From contig CM059444.1 in the NCBI GenBank assembly GCA_030390025.1, positions 32,240,001 to 32,304,000 on the forward strand: a stretch of 64,000 nucleotides of DNA, written 5' to 3'. Origin of the DNA: Squalus acanthias (Eukaryota). Positions 24,923 through 38,639 of the stretch are shown in pieces. A program made the translations under genes and the position numbers. The notes beneath the pieces were generated by a model. That model did no database searches. It worked only from the letters and a program-made list of their open reading frames with translations, and was not told the DNA's origin. Within the stretch, counting starts at the first letter, position 1. Every line of letters starts with the position of its first letter.

Positions 24923-27900
24923 GTAAGTAGCAGAGAGTTTACTTAGGAATGCAGTTCACTAGATGAAACACTTGGAGGCAGATTATTAAGAAAACTCCAT
25001 ATGTAAACGAGTGTTGATTCAGAAATGTTGTATTTTTTTAAGAATATATAGTCCTAAAAATAAAATCTGTATATTTTATAAGCAAATTAAAGACTTCTTA
25101 GTGACTTACAGTTACTAAATATTTAGTTGGAATTGTTTGCTTATTTTCAAAACAAGATTCAGGCTATGGTATTTGTACTGTTGGTGAGTTTAGTTTAGCT
25201 GTAAGGAAGTAAATATACATTAGCGCTAAAGATTTATGAGCTGTGCATTGCAGATCTGACAGGTGAAGCAATGGACTGTATTGTTAATAGTGTCAGGTAA
25301 TCATAGCAACCTATATCTGAAACAGGTTTTTTTTAGTTGAAATATCTGGGAGTCAATGATAAATTTTAGAGTGCAGTGTTTCAATATACGCAAACTCGAA
25401 CCACAATAGCTCTAGACTTATAAATTACCAGCAGTAATGTGATTTGCCACAATCCAATAGTTTAGATTTGGAAATCTCTAAAGAAAGTGACCCTCATTAC
25501 CAGATACACTATGCAACAAAAACAGAAATCTCGAGAACAGTTTAAACAACATTTTACTATCACCTGCAGTTATGAAAAGGTAAGCTTTTTCTGTATCATC
25601 ACTGGAATTTGAAACATTTCTGAAGGACTGTAAATTATATTGTGCTGCAAAGTGAGATAAGACAGAATGGTAACATTGGATCTACTGTTACTTATATTCA
25701 TGTCCAAGAAGGTCAGAAATATGTAAGATCATGTAATGGTGTTGCACTGTATTGGAGCATTAATGCACAGTGCCACAGAATGAAGGGACACAGCTTTGAT
25801 TTCCCACACTTGCTCAGTTTCTGATTTCAGCCATGTTGCTGTCAGGTGGCACTGAGAAGAGACAGGCACATCCTCACAAAGGGAGTGAAAATAGGACAGG
25901 GAGGCATCCACAGGCCACAATCACACACCATGCTAGGAGCCACATCAGGCAACCTGTGACAGGATCACCCAGTCTCTCATCCAGTGTCGTTTCAGGGCCT
26001 GGATAGAGTAAAAGAAATGGGAAGGGAAGAGAAGTAAACACAAAGGGAGTGAATTTCTGTGGGCTCTCCCGCTTGTCCACCATACTTTGGTGCAAGAGCT
26101 TCAGAAACCCCAGAATAACACCATTTACATCGTTTTTCCAGGATTTCTGCAGCTCTTCCACTGGAGCTATGCCAAACGAGCTGGAAAACCTCGTGGAAAT
26201 TAACCCCATAACATTTAAAATAGAAAGTCCCCCTCAAAAGACAGATACCTAAAAGAGAGAATCATCTAAAAAATGGAAGGATTGCTTCCTGCTTTCTAAT
26301 TCAAATCTGTCTAATAAGGAATATCTGTACGATGATAGTTTAGCAGAGTGTCTGTTGAAGTCAAGTTCATATTTGATTTGTTTATGTTTATTGTATTCAC
26401 AGATTTTTAACCTTCTATTCAACAGGATTTTGTGAATTCTTATACTGTTGATGTGAAGATGGGGAGAGTGCAATTTTTTTACTTTCAAAGCAAGATATGA
26501 AAGTGGCATTTGATCTTTCTGACTATGGACCTTATATACTGATGTGTTTTCATTTTGGTTGACAAATGTTTTTAATGATTGACACGCATCAAATTGCTTT
26601 TAATGGTCGACCAGTCTGTCCTCACCCCCTTGCTTACACCATTACAGGTCTACAGTTTGCATGGGTGAATCACTAGTTTCTTGTGTCCTGATATGAGTAA
26701 GACATTTCTGTTAGTTGAATAGACCTGACACATAGATAAGAATATAAACCATGGCATCTTTTAGTGTTAAGACTTTTAGAATGATTCATCAAATGACAAT
26801 CAACCACAATTGTATCTTTATGGAAACTTCTAGTTTTTGAAGAGTAAAAGTGTGTGAACAGCTGCTGAAAGGTGTTAGTCTCGTATGTTTTGTAATGTAA
26901 CAGTATTCTTTTATCTGGTTGTTATCACAATGCTAACTGTGTACTAAAGGTACAGGTTTCATTTAGTGAGAATAGTTAGGCAACAAATAGAGAAAATGTT
27001 TGAGTTAAGAATTGAGCACTAAAGGCATTTTGCAGCAACACTTTGAAAAATAGGTGGAGAATTTGAAGTTTGTTATTTTGATGAATTGAGGTTTAAAATT
27101 ATATTTCTTATAGTTTTGTCAGTAACATAAAGTTGTGGAATGATGTAAATAAACTAACATTTTTTTATTGTTTGAAAATGTTAGATTCTTACTTAGCTGG
27201 TGAGCTCTGCAGTTGACTGTAAGTTTAGACAGAGCTGAGTGCATTTCTAGTAAGCTTGAGCACATGATGGGTATGTGTAAGTAAAAATGCATTCAATTCC
27301 AGTGTAGATCCCATAGTGTTTGATTATTTCCCTTTTGTGCCTCAATTCTTTCTGGTTCCGTTAATGTACCCTCTTTTGCACTGTGACTTTTAGGTCTGGG
27401 AATACTATGAAGCAACCAAATACTTTTTTTCCAGCTCTTTGTTCAGAGAAGTAATTCATTCCGCACTACCTGTTCTTTTCCGCTTCTCTCCTTTCTTGTT
27501 TTATATTGACTTAGTCACTTTTTTATATTCCTAAAAAAGTGGCTGTAGAAGTGCCTAGTGACCAGCATGCAGGGATTGTGGTCTCAGCAACCCAGCATTC
27601 ACCAACTGCATGTACCAGGCTTCCTTACATGGGCATAGTCCATTCTGTGCTTTATTGAAAATAGCTCAAATACACTGACTGAAATTTTAAAATAGACCAG
27701 TACGTTCCCTTCCCAGTTGTTTCATTATTGATATGCAAGGATTTTATTCAAAGCTGAATTGGCTATAGTTGATATCCTTTTGAAAATATGGTTTACCATG
27801 TAGTCAATCAAAATCAAAAAGTAGTTTAATAGTACAGTGGTAGTGACCTAACTCTGGAAGTTTCAATCGGTTGGGAAAGTGCTTAAGACTGTGCCTATGA

Positions 27901-28250
27901 AGAAATACCTGAGAGTGGTGTAGATACTAAAAGCATCTGCATTTAGTATCTTGGAGCCTAAATCAACAAAATTCTGTTTTCCTTTATTCATTATGTTTTA
28001 TCATTAACAGATTACAAAATCTGAAGAGATTTGTCAGAATCATGGTCACAGCTTCTTTTGTGACTCATGAGCATGCTGAATGGTTAAACCTGAATTATCT
28101 ACAAATTCAAATATCTTTTTCTGCTGTCCTATGAATATCCCAAACAACACCAAAGCTTTTTTTCTTTCTGACCTAATATAATTTTCCTCTGACCTATGAT
28201 CTCTTTACTTCTGACCTAAGCTTCTTGCATGCCCAAATCCTCTTTTATAG

Positions 28251-28319
28251 GGAAAAAGAGAGAAATGTATGACCATCCTGTCTTCTGCTTGGCCTCTCAA
28301 GTGATGGATTTAACCATTC
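28251..28319 (+). CDS. CADPS: CADPS 69-nt cassette exon (GKKREMYDHPVFCLASQVMDLTI)
   Basis: cttttatag|GG AAA AAG...ATT C|gtgagt; phase 1-1; matches a CAPS1 isoform insert I recall (GKKREMYEHPVFCLASQVMDLTIQ). Confidence 0.9.
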
Positions 28320-29172
28320 GTGAGTACTTACCACATCCTTTCCGCACTGTCTCTCGCTCTTTCTGTTGACATGATTTTAAAGCCAGTCAAAGCCAGCCCC
28401 TGACCAATCCCACTCTTGCACTTTTCGTCCCTCAGCCCCCTTGTCTGTTGCTTCTGTTTGTGATCACGAATGTTTGAATTCCAGCCAGTTGTTTTCGACC
28501 TACGCCAGGTTTTTACACATGGCCCATTGTTTGTGATGAACTCAAAATATCTGTAAATTTTTAAGTTACTGTTATTGTCTGTGACTTGAATGCATTTTTA
28601 CTTTGCTTCTGTGTATTCCTGAGTTGTAAGCACTTGTCACTGGTACACTATACAAAGCCAGGACTCGCATATGTAGCCAGTGTCACGCAGCTGGCCGTGA
28701 GAAATGGGCTGTTTATTCACTGTGGATAAAGGCATTCTGTTAGATCTGTGTGGATATTTTAACTTTAGTCTGTCTTGTCTGTGACTAATTAAACAAATGT
28801 AATCATATACATACATGTTCTTTTTACATACCTTAACCTTTTCTCAATTTCAAGCTGCTGATGGATCATCCGATTTTTTACATTTTAGGATTCAGTGACT
28901 CGCTTCTATCTTGAGCCCATTGCTTGCCTTCATCTCAGAATGTTAATTGCTGACTGTCCATCTGTGTGGTGCACCACTGTTGCCCTTTGCGCGGAAGGCT
29001 TTTATAGTAACATCCATTCTTGTTGAGGGTAGTTGGAGGCATCGGGCAAACTCTTTGCAAGTCATTGGTGCCACACATCTAGGGTGTAGCTTTTGGTTCA
29101 CTTGCTCATTAATCCTGCATATTTGTCTTGTTTTTCTCTCTTTCCCTCCTTGTTGCTCTCTCTTTCATATAG

Positions 29173-29190
29173 AGAATCAAAAGGATCCAG
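29173..29190 (+). CDS. CADPS: CADPS 18-nt microexon (E)NQKDP
   Basis: Long pyrimidine tract with UGC, catatag|AG AAT CAA AAG GAT CCA G|gtgaac; phase 1-1; human has ENQKDA here. Confidence 0.9.
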
Positions 29191-32100
29191 GTGAACTATT
29201 GTATTCTACATCTTAATGTAGTAGGACAATATCATTAGATTATTTCTAACATTTGAAAGTAATTTTGAGCAGCCTAGCTCCTTCTGAGGTGCTCTTCAGC
29301 AGGCTCAATTAATATTTAATGAGTCTCTGGGGTAGAAACACTTAAGGAGTTAATTTGTGCTGTCTATAGATAGTATGGACTAGTATTAGCAGACAACTAC
29401 TTTATAGCTTTAGAAATAAACTTTCAGGAATTTCAATTAGTTTGCAAGTTACATCATCTTCAGGGTTTTCTTATGTAGGGTAAAATTGATGTATGCACAT
29501 CAAATTATGTTTCAACAATCAAAATAGCTGTGGCAACTATAGCTATCTTTAATGTAGAATGTGACATTTTTCTAATAGTATTAAACATTCAGTAATTTTT
29601 GCTCCTAAATATTCCAGTGGCCACGTGTTAAAACAAGCAATTTTATTACTGAGAGCAGCTCAAATATAAATTGCATATACAATTATATTTAACACATACA
29701 AATAATAAATATGATATTACTTACAATGAAGAGTACTACGTATTTACTGTTTGCTTGTGAGTCACTTTAACTATCTTTAGTTCCATGATCACTGTGAACT
29801 AACTATACACTGAAACATAGCTCTGGAGAGAGTGCAACTTGCAGTTTTATTTTAATTTATTTTCCACCACTTAATGAATTTATGTGCACAAATCACAGCA
29901 TAGTTTTCTGTAAAATGTAATGTTTGACCTGTACAAAAAGAGCAGTTATAATAAAGTTTTGTTTTAGTTATGTTTTATTTTACTGACATTAGTTTTTAAA
30001 GATCTTTGCCTCTTCTCTGAATCATGGTACGATGTGTATGTATCATCTGAGCCAAGGAAATCTTTCTTCCTATTGTGGATATAGTAGATTAAAATGCCAA
30101 ATGTACCTTTTAAAGCAAAACAATCTGTATAGAGCCTACATCAGTGCATTACAGATTCATAGTAGAACCATTCAGTAATAGTGTACTTAATAGTTAGACA
30201 AGAAATTTCTGGTAATATTAGGTCTCACTTTAGGATAAGAATTAAGAAATTCCTTACATGAGGGCACTCAATCAAAAGCATTTCAAATGCAATGTAATAT
30301 TAAAGCTACAATGGCTAAGTAGTTATAGAGCACCATGCTTGTCTTTTCTTCTGGGGCTAGTGCAGTTTCTATCATTTGTGGGCATTAATCAGGCCAATCA
30401 TTACCGTGCGTACTTGTGGAACTTCAGTTGTTTGTCCCTGATGTTGTTTGACCTACTCTTGAGAGATAAGCCCCAAAACTCCATGTACCCAGTGGCCCAA
30501 TCTCAGCTTAAGCCAGCTGGAAGTGCAGTGGAAGGGGTGGAAAATCAGTCAGGACCCAGATATGCTGAGTCCCAGTCAAGGCTGCTATTTTTCATTGGGG
30601 CCTGTTTGGTGCTGACCCTCAGATTTGGACCTAGCATATAGGTCGGCTCAGTGGCATAAGTAGGTCTCACCTGGGGATCCAGTCTTGGATCCCAGCAGAA
30701 GTAATCTTCTCAGCCCCCTTCTAAACGGGACCGATTAGGGCAGTCAAATGGCCAGTGACATTGGCAGGCTAAGAGCAGCTGGCCAGTGCCACTTTTCCCA
30801 GCCCCCACCCCCTCCTTTTGCAGGTGTCCAAGACATGCCCGTATTAATGCGGGCACAGTGAAGTGACTTCCCCCTGACCCCAGATACTTCAGTGGGGTCA
30901 GGGGCAGAGGTCACCAGCCCCTGCTTTGACACACTTCTGGCGGCAGAGTAGGTCTGTGTACTTTCAGAGCCATTATGTCAGAAACAGCACAAGTATGGCT
31001 GAGATTACACAACGTAAATAGTGCAAAATGTGAAGTGATAGAGGAAAGGATAGATGAAGATTCCTTTGACTTAAAATTCCTTTAAAATATGTTTTTATAT
31101 GATATACTGTAATTGTTAACTTGGCGTCACTATACCACAGGGATAAACATCTAATTTTGGTTACTGTGGTAAAAGATATAAGTAGAACTCTGTCAGGTCC
31201 AAGGAGCAAAAATCCCAGCTGTTGTTATAAGTCCATAAACATCTCTGTAGAGGTCAGAAATCAGGGAGATATCCTGGAACATTGATACCTGGATACATTA
31301 ACAGTTCAAATCAACAACAGCAACAACCTGCATTTATATAGTGCCTTTAATGTAGTAAACTGTCCCAAGGTGCCGCACAGGAGCGTAATTGTAAAACTGT
31401 AGACAAAATACTTTTGTGCTAGTGTCAAAAATCCAGTAACTACCTCCATACCTGGTTCATTCAATAACTGGGGTCATTCCCATTGTGATATTTCATACTA
31501 TAAATACCCACGTTATATTGCATTGAGAATGGTTAACATATGGGTTTTCAATTAAATCAACTTAGTGACAGAGACTTAAAGTGAGCATGATCTTCTGGTC
31601 TGGAACTTCTATAGTGTACACATAGGCAGTGGTATTTATTTTAGATTTTCAATGTTATCTAACATGCCCTTTAATTTATATATCAGAATTTACTCTTGCA
31701 ATCTCAATGGAGCTATAGTTAGTCCTTAACTTACCTACCCCAAACTTCGATACAGATCAGTAGAAATAAGATGAATATATAATTTGAGGTTTTGAAAATG
31801 CAGTCCCTATTATAAGAAACCATTTGTAAACATTATTGGTGTTCTCCTGTTTCCTCAGAGGCTCAGATGTTATGTTACAATGATAGAGAATAAGGCGAGG
31901 GGTTTAAGCTTGGTCTTATTTCACAGTGCATGTGAACAATTAAATTTATCTCTAAAATATGTTAAATCAGGTATTTTGATGAATACATACTTTAAAACAT
32001 TGAAGTAGTTGTTGTATAGGACACTTTATAAGCAGCTTTTGTACTGAGATTATTTTACTTCTTGCAGTTACTTAATTGTAAAATTATTCACACTATATAC

Positions 32101-32274
32101 CTAGAGAAGCAATCTTGTCTCTTGGAGAAAACTCCTAAAGTTTAGAATCTTAACACTGAAAATAATTTTAAAATACAATGTAATGTAATTTTATGGAGAG
32201 TGTTTATATATCTTGGTATCTCAGATACAGTCCCCACTACTTGTAATGTCCACACTTTTCACTGACAGCCGTCT

Positions 32275-32460
32275 TTAGCCATTGGTGGCCGTGCCTTCAC
32301 TTGTCTCGGCCCTAAGCTCTGGTATTCCCTTCCTAAACCTTTCTGTTTCCCCACCTCTCTTTCCTTCTTTAAGACACTCCTTAAAACCTACCTCTTTGAC
32401 CAAGCTTTGGGTCACTTGTCCCAATATCTCCTTCTTTGGCTCGGTATCAATTTTTGTTAT
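32275..32460 (+). mobile_element. L2 LINE 3' end fragment
   Basis: Similar to 43388-43560 (cattggtggccgtgccttca...ccttaaaacctacctctttgaccaagctttg). Confidence 0.75.
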
Positions 32461-34399
32461 AATACAAGGGCAATGAATCGTCTTCCAATAATCTACCGTT
32501 TAAAATAACCAGACAACACTAGGTTTCGTGTTAAATAAAGCCTTCAGGTCTTGCGTCACATATTTAATATGTTGAGGTCCTATGTAATGAAATTAGTAAT
32601 AACCTTTGTCTTGCATCATGTAACACCGAAAAAATATTCAGATATTGATCACCGATATGGGTCTGACATTCCCCAGTTTGTAGAAATGAGACATAAAGCA
32701 TGTTGTCTGAACCTTTAACGGATTCACTAATGAAATTGTCAAGGTGTCACATTGCTGACTGGGGAGTGTAAGAAATGCAAATTCATAAATGGCAATGAAA
32801 AAGCAAAAGCCAAAAATGACTTATTCGCAGTAAAGATCTTTTCATGCTTTGGAAGCAACTGTTGAGCCACTTGAGCACTAGAAATTTTGAAAAGTCAGAG
32901 AATGTGCGTGTGGAATGCAGAATAGTGATGGAAAATGGTTCAATGATAGCAGCACAAAGCTAATTTCAGCAAGGAGCTCTGCCAATTACACATAGAAAGA
33001 AGACAGAATTTATATGGCACTTTTCACAACCTCAGATATTCTATGATTTTCACAATAAGTTAGATTTTTCGTGTGCGCGCCTTTAGCAAGGTATCTATTT
33101 CATCCACAATCAGCAAGTTCGAAAAATCTTGTGCATGTTGCCTGTGATTTTCCAATGACAACAGGTGAGGTGCCTAGACACAGGTGAGGACTAAGAACCT
33201 TGCTAATATGTTACATGACTGTGTTTATAAACACTGATTATGTAAAAGCGCATAATAGTGCAAGCAATGCCAATGAAGTACCCAAGTGGGTGTGTACTTA
33301 TGTATTCATAATGCTCCATCTATTCCCCACAGATCAAGCAGAACCCAGTCAACCACCAGAGGCAGCCATATACACACCTGAACACCAACAATCACCACCT
33401 CCATTTGAAGCAGACACCAGCATAGATGCACATAGTGATACAGATGTTGATACAGTTGAGAAGGAAGATGAGGTGTTCAGCATTAGTGAGGAAGGAGTAG
33501 CAGTGGTAGTGATAGCCTCAACTTTGGATACAAAGGAAATCGGTGCGCTCCTCACAACTGGCATCAGAAACGATAATAGAGGTAGCTCAGAGGAGACTTT
33601 TAGTAGTGGAGAAGAGAGCCCGATAAATCCACACTATCTTTGATGATAAAGGGGTGTAATGCATCTTAATTTTCAGAGACAGATTTTGGGGTGAAGTATA
33701 TTCCTGCTAGGTTTCTGCTCTTGTTTTCCATCCGCTAAAATTTCCAGTCCAGGTGGGGAGCCATTTCTTCCACCCACCCCTTCAGCTGCACACACATACA
33801 AATAAGACATAAATAATGGGATGTTGTAAGACATCATAATTCCTGTCAGTTCCGCCCCCATTTCAATCGTGTAACTTGAACCAGATAAAAAAGATCTAGG
33901 GGTGACTTTCCATGGCAGTTATTCCGCTTGTTTGCTGTAATTTTGGCATTTACACCATTTTTCCAGGATTTCCAGGGCTTTTCTTCCAAAGAACAATGGA
34001 TTAGTGGGAGAACCCCTATAGAACTTCACCCCTATAGTGGCTTGCCTGGTGGAATTGTCCCATTTAAAGCTACCTGCAGCCTGACGTTTGCCCACACCTC
34101 GGATTTACCTGCATATGTTAGGATTTTTTTTGCTTTGGGGAGATAGTTGGATAGGCTTTGAACTTACTCTGGTCACCTGCAATATTTTACCCCATGGGCA
34201 AGGGATAATATAGAGCAGTATGGGCTTCCCAATGGGATTCTTCCTGTATGCAATCTTGATCAAAGATGAGGAGAACAGAAGGAGCAAAGCTGAGTGAGGC
34301 AGCATCATAGAGGGATGAAGCTAACCTGCTATTGTGTCCCACAATAAGTCTATAGGTCTCGGAGATCTAAGTAAAGAATGAGTGAGGAGGTTTGCCTTT

Positions 34400-34800
34400 G
34401 CAGACTGATTCATTAAGCCCTGGATGACCTGTTCCAGTTTCTGCACACTGACCTGCAGCTCAGATCAGCCACCTGAACAGCATTGCGAGTAGCTGTCAAA
34501 GTCAGTACAACTCGTCAACTTTTACGCCACTGGCTCCTTCCAAGCTGCAAGCAGAGACCTCAGCACCGTGAGGCCTGTATTCACCAGGACACTGCTACCA
34601 TATTCTGCACAGCTGAAGAATTCATCCATTTTGGGATGACTTCTAGGAGGCAGCAGCATGAGAGGGCCATGTAGTTGTATGATGTTACTGGTTTTCGCAA
34701 TGTTCAGACGGTAATGGAAGCTCTACGGGCTTCTATTATGAACACATTTGAGTTTTCTGAACAGCAAGGCATCCCAGTCTCTCAATGTTCAAATTATTTG
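34400..34800 (+). mobile_element. Decayed Harbinger (HARBI1-like) transposase fragment
   Basis: Frameshifted ALRVAVKVSTT / NFYATGSFQAASRDL / QQHERAM*LYDVTGFRNVQ; homologous to the fragment at 43657. Confidence 0.7.
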
Positions 34801-36849
34801 TGACCAGCTGCAAAGAATTCTCCATGTCAATGCAAAATTTGCAGGGAATTGTCACAATGCTTTTATTTTTGCACCTTTGATTCCCTGCCTCTCCCAGGTT
34901 TTATGAGACAGTTTTTTTTCCTGGAACAAGACTCACAGCATTAAATGATGGTAAGCATCTGAAGTATATCTCGCAGGTGGCAGCAGACAGCTAGTATACT
35001 AGAGAGTAGAAGTGCTGGAGGGAGACAGTCACAGGAGAAGATGGAACTAATAAGGGGCTGCATGCAAGTATGGCTTGTGAGGGAACTCTAAATACAGGCT
35101 GCAGGTGGAAGAGGTAGAAAGCCATTGAAACACAGCGTGCTATGCATGCTGATTTATCATTCAATTTAAGAAGTGAGGGTGATTGGTTTGGGGGTTCCTT
35201 TGGTGGCTAAGAGAAGGAAGCAGTGGCAGTTCTCTTACATTAGGTCATTGAACTTCTTTTGGCACAGAGTCGACCCCCTGTGAAATCCAGCACTTGCCAC
35301 GAGTGGGTAGAAGTCCCGCCCCTCTGGCACAAACGCAATGTGGATGGCCCGCAGACTTTTGCAGCCAAGGACTTTTAGCCTTCTGTTGCCCTCCAAGATT
35401 ATGACTGTAGACAGGGAGACAAAATACATTTTCAGCTAATTGAGCTATGACCAGACCAGCCATGTGTTATGTTGCTTGAGCTTGTTGGCCCTTGGGTTTG
35501 AGGGCATAAAGTGGGTTGTAACGAGGGAGCAGTGGGGTGGTAGCCCAAGAGGAATCTGGTGAAGTCGAGGATGTCAAAAGTAGAAACAAGCAAACTATTG
35601 ATTAGGCTGCTGGAAGGGTGTGTGCAGAGGAGATGGTGGAACTCCTTTAGGAGGGAGTCTGAGAGAGGCAGTCAAAGCTGGGGGGCTCGACTGGCCAAAG
35701 GAAAGGACCGTAGTCCACCTGGCAAGTTAGAGATTAACAAATGTTTTTGATTGAGAGGAGGCTTTGGGGTCAAAATTCCAAAGTGCAGTCATGTCCAGCT
35801 TCAAGTGATTTGTAGAGTAGTTCCACGCAACCATGGCAGGGATTCTGACCCTCTTAAATGCACATTGTTCTATGCTAACACCAATCAGGGGGCATTGTGA
35901 GGAGATACCCTCCACCAGTGGAACCCATAGAGGTGCACAGGTGCAGCCAGTTGTCATTCATGTCAGCATTGTTCTGTGCCATGACATAATGAAAGGTGCT
36001 ACCTCATAAAGGACCAAGTCCATAGTGATTATGGCATCAAATAACCCTGAGACTGGTGTGGCGGTTAGTTGCAAATGCAGGGGGTGGGGTGGGGGGGGGG
36101 GGGGGGGGCGCGGCAGAGGGGTCTGTTGTATCTCTTGCAACTCTGCAAAAATCCACTACCAGTCCTACTCCTTGAACTAGGACAATAATTAATAGTAGAT
36201 CTATAACTAGCATGAAGAAGTTCACAACATACAAGGAGCAAATGTGGCAGCAAAACACATAAAACCTGTACACCACGAGCACCTCACTACATAATAAAGT
36301 TAATTCAAAGCAAATAGCAGATCAGCAATTTTACTAATGTCCAAACGAAAATTCTAACATCCAATTGCAGAGCGCACTGGAATAAATAACATTGCCACTC
36401 TACCACCTTTTTTCCCTCCTATCTCCCTTGAAAATGTTGTTTAACAGGAATATTAGATTCCTAGTCCTCTCCAAACTTAAGTCTCATTATAGCTACCATG
36501 TCCTGTTTCTCTATAGTTAGGAATTAACGCTCTAATATTTTGGAACATTGACCCTTATTCTTTTACCTGATATTTTAATTTCTTTTTTTGATATCCCTTG
36601 CCCTTTCTACAACTATTTCTCACTAGCTCATAACTCTTTTTCTTTCCCTTTCTCCGATAGTCTTTTTCTCCGATATTATCTAAACCTTAGGCTTCTACTG
36701 CAATAGCTTTGTTAATCCTGCTCTTCCTCTCTATTCTTAATCATAGACAGGGATGCTGAGAGCATGCATTAGTTAATTGCTGCTTTCTATCTTTATTCCA
36801 CCAATCTACGCATATTTACCTTATCGTAAAGCTCCATAAACAGGAATGT

Positions 36850-37034
36850 CAGCTCATTTTCAGCATCACCGCCTGGGTGATATCCTGGCGGGGTGGATCG
36901 CACGACCATTGTAAAACCTGCCCGATTATCATCTCATTGTTTTTAATAGGATGTATATCGGGTGGGTTCTACAATGAATGAGTGAACCATTCTGCCAGAT
37001 TATTGCCCATGCGGTGAAGTTGAAAACGATCCCC
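36850..37034. mobile_element. Old fold-back (palindromic) MITE
   Basis: Arms such as ttttcagcatcaccgcctggg / cccatgcggtgaagttgaaaa and cattgtaaaacctgcccgat / atcgggtgggttctacaatg are reverse complementary. Confidence 0.7.
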
Positions 37035-37563
37035 ATTGAGCCTAGTTGCACTCATTGAAGAAATGTACCACAAGCACACATCAAAGAAGTAAATGACAAA
37101 CAAAATACCTGATTTAACAATAGATTTGATGGTTATTTTCTAGGGTAGAATTATTTTTAGAATTTTGATTTCCTGTGCCATTTCATTACTAAATTCTGAT
37201 AGTTTCTGTAAAGAAAACCGTATAGCTGAGTATTTGAGTGAACTGCACGATTTAACGTAACTGGATTAAAACGATACCAGCAAAAAGAGAGAATTTGGCA
37301 GTTTGTGGCATATCCTCAGACTGTGATATTAAGACAAGTTTCATGTCTTGAGTTGTGCTTAAAATATCTGCTATACGGTGCATTGTTGAGATCTTTGGAA
37401 ACATCTAGTTACAACTGTCATTAGCAGTTACAAGATTACCTCTTGAAATGTCATAAATATGTATGTGTTTCTTTCACTATATGAGTTTTTCATCACTTGT
37501 ACCATTGCTCATTCAGTCACCTGCTTGCTTACTTTTCCTGTCTCTCTCACTCATGCATGACAG

Positions 37564-37665
37564 CACGACGATCTTGGCCTAAGCCACCGCCCGCACCTCC
37601 ACCCATAAAAGTGCCGCAAAACATTCTTAGTCAGAGAATCAGAGGCATGCCTAAACAAATACCAA
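37564..37665 (+). CDS. CADPS: CADPS 102-nt proline-rich cassette exon (ARRSWPKPPPAPPPIKVPQNILSQRIRGMPKQIP)
   Basis: ctcatgcatgacag|CA CGA...CCA A|gtactg; open frame, phase 1-1, long pyrimidine tract; donor is weak. Confidence 0.75.
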
Positions 37666-38532
37666 GTACTGTTACAGCTTTTTATTTTAGTTGTTTAATT
37701 TTTTTTTGTAGTTTGTTGCTTTTAAAACAATCGTTTTTTTTACTTACCTTGGTTATATTGAGTTTGTTACAGTCTGATAGAATCTAATAAAAGAATTTGC
37801 TGTTTCATTTTTATGATTGGTTGAATTTCAAGTTAGAACCTAGAAAATAATACTCTTGCCTTCTTTGTTGAGCATTTGGTGCACACAACATTCACAAATA
37901 TAAATGTCAGCACAAACTAACAGTGTTGCTGCATAACATATTGCATGATGAGTTTAAGTGCTTTTAGTAAACAGTGTTGTACAGTAATATCTTTTTGGCA
38001 GCCAACAGTGCTCCAGTTAGATCTTTTCTTTGGTGTTCTATTTCTTTGTTTCAAATGCTGCCTTTTTACCTAAGGTTCTTTTGAAACAGTTGTGGGATTT
38101 TTAATGAAGCTCACCATTCAAATCCTCCTAAAAATACCAGTAGATCCAAGAGAAAATGTAAGAATTTACAGGAATGTGAGATTCAACAAAATTTGGATTG
38201 CTTCCCGCACATTAATGTCCTACAGTATATTTACAATTCGTAGATTTATGGGATGTTTTAAAATCAGAACTGAGCATGGGTCCTAACCCATGAACTTAAT
38301 CGGGATAGAATCCTAGCTGGAGCATTGTACATCTTTGGTAAACTGGAATAAATGATATAGTATATTTTATCTAACTTTTTGTAAAATATTTCTGTTAAGT
38401 ATGTATTAGGTTAAGTACTTAAAGGATAAAAGTAGAAAGATTTAGAAATTGGCTTATTAAATGAGGGGGAGTGTAACTTGAGGAAAATGTAGTTTGTATT
38501 ATGTTACTCATTTTTAATACTATTCACCACAG

Positions 38533-38639
38533 AAAATGTAGGACAGATAGTCACTCCCGCCAAAAAACTGGAAGATACAATTCGTCTTGCTGAACTGGTT
38601 ATTGAGGTGCTACAGCAAAACGAAGAGCACCATGCAGAG
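38533..38639 (+). CDS. CADPS: CADPS coding exon, 107 nt ([35 protein letters not shown])
   Basis: caccacag|AA AAT GTA...GCA GAG|gtgagt; phase 1-0. Confidence 0.97.

Noticed and set aside
25570-25579. cctgcag|TTATGAAAAG|gtaagc microexon-like string with a strong donor
   Set aside because: 10 nt (or 76 nt from the upstream AG) is frameshifting and the pyrimidine tract is poor; cannot be supported without RNA data.
34559-34580. TCAGCACC half-site suggestive of REST/RE1
   Set aside because: Right half (GGACAG) is absent and it lies inside a transposase remnant.
35700-36010. Possible antisense Harbinger transposase remnant (GGGYLLTMP, SIEQCAFKR)
   Set aside because: Too decayed to assign by eye.
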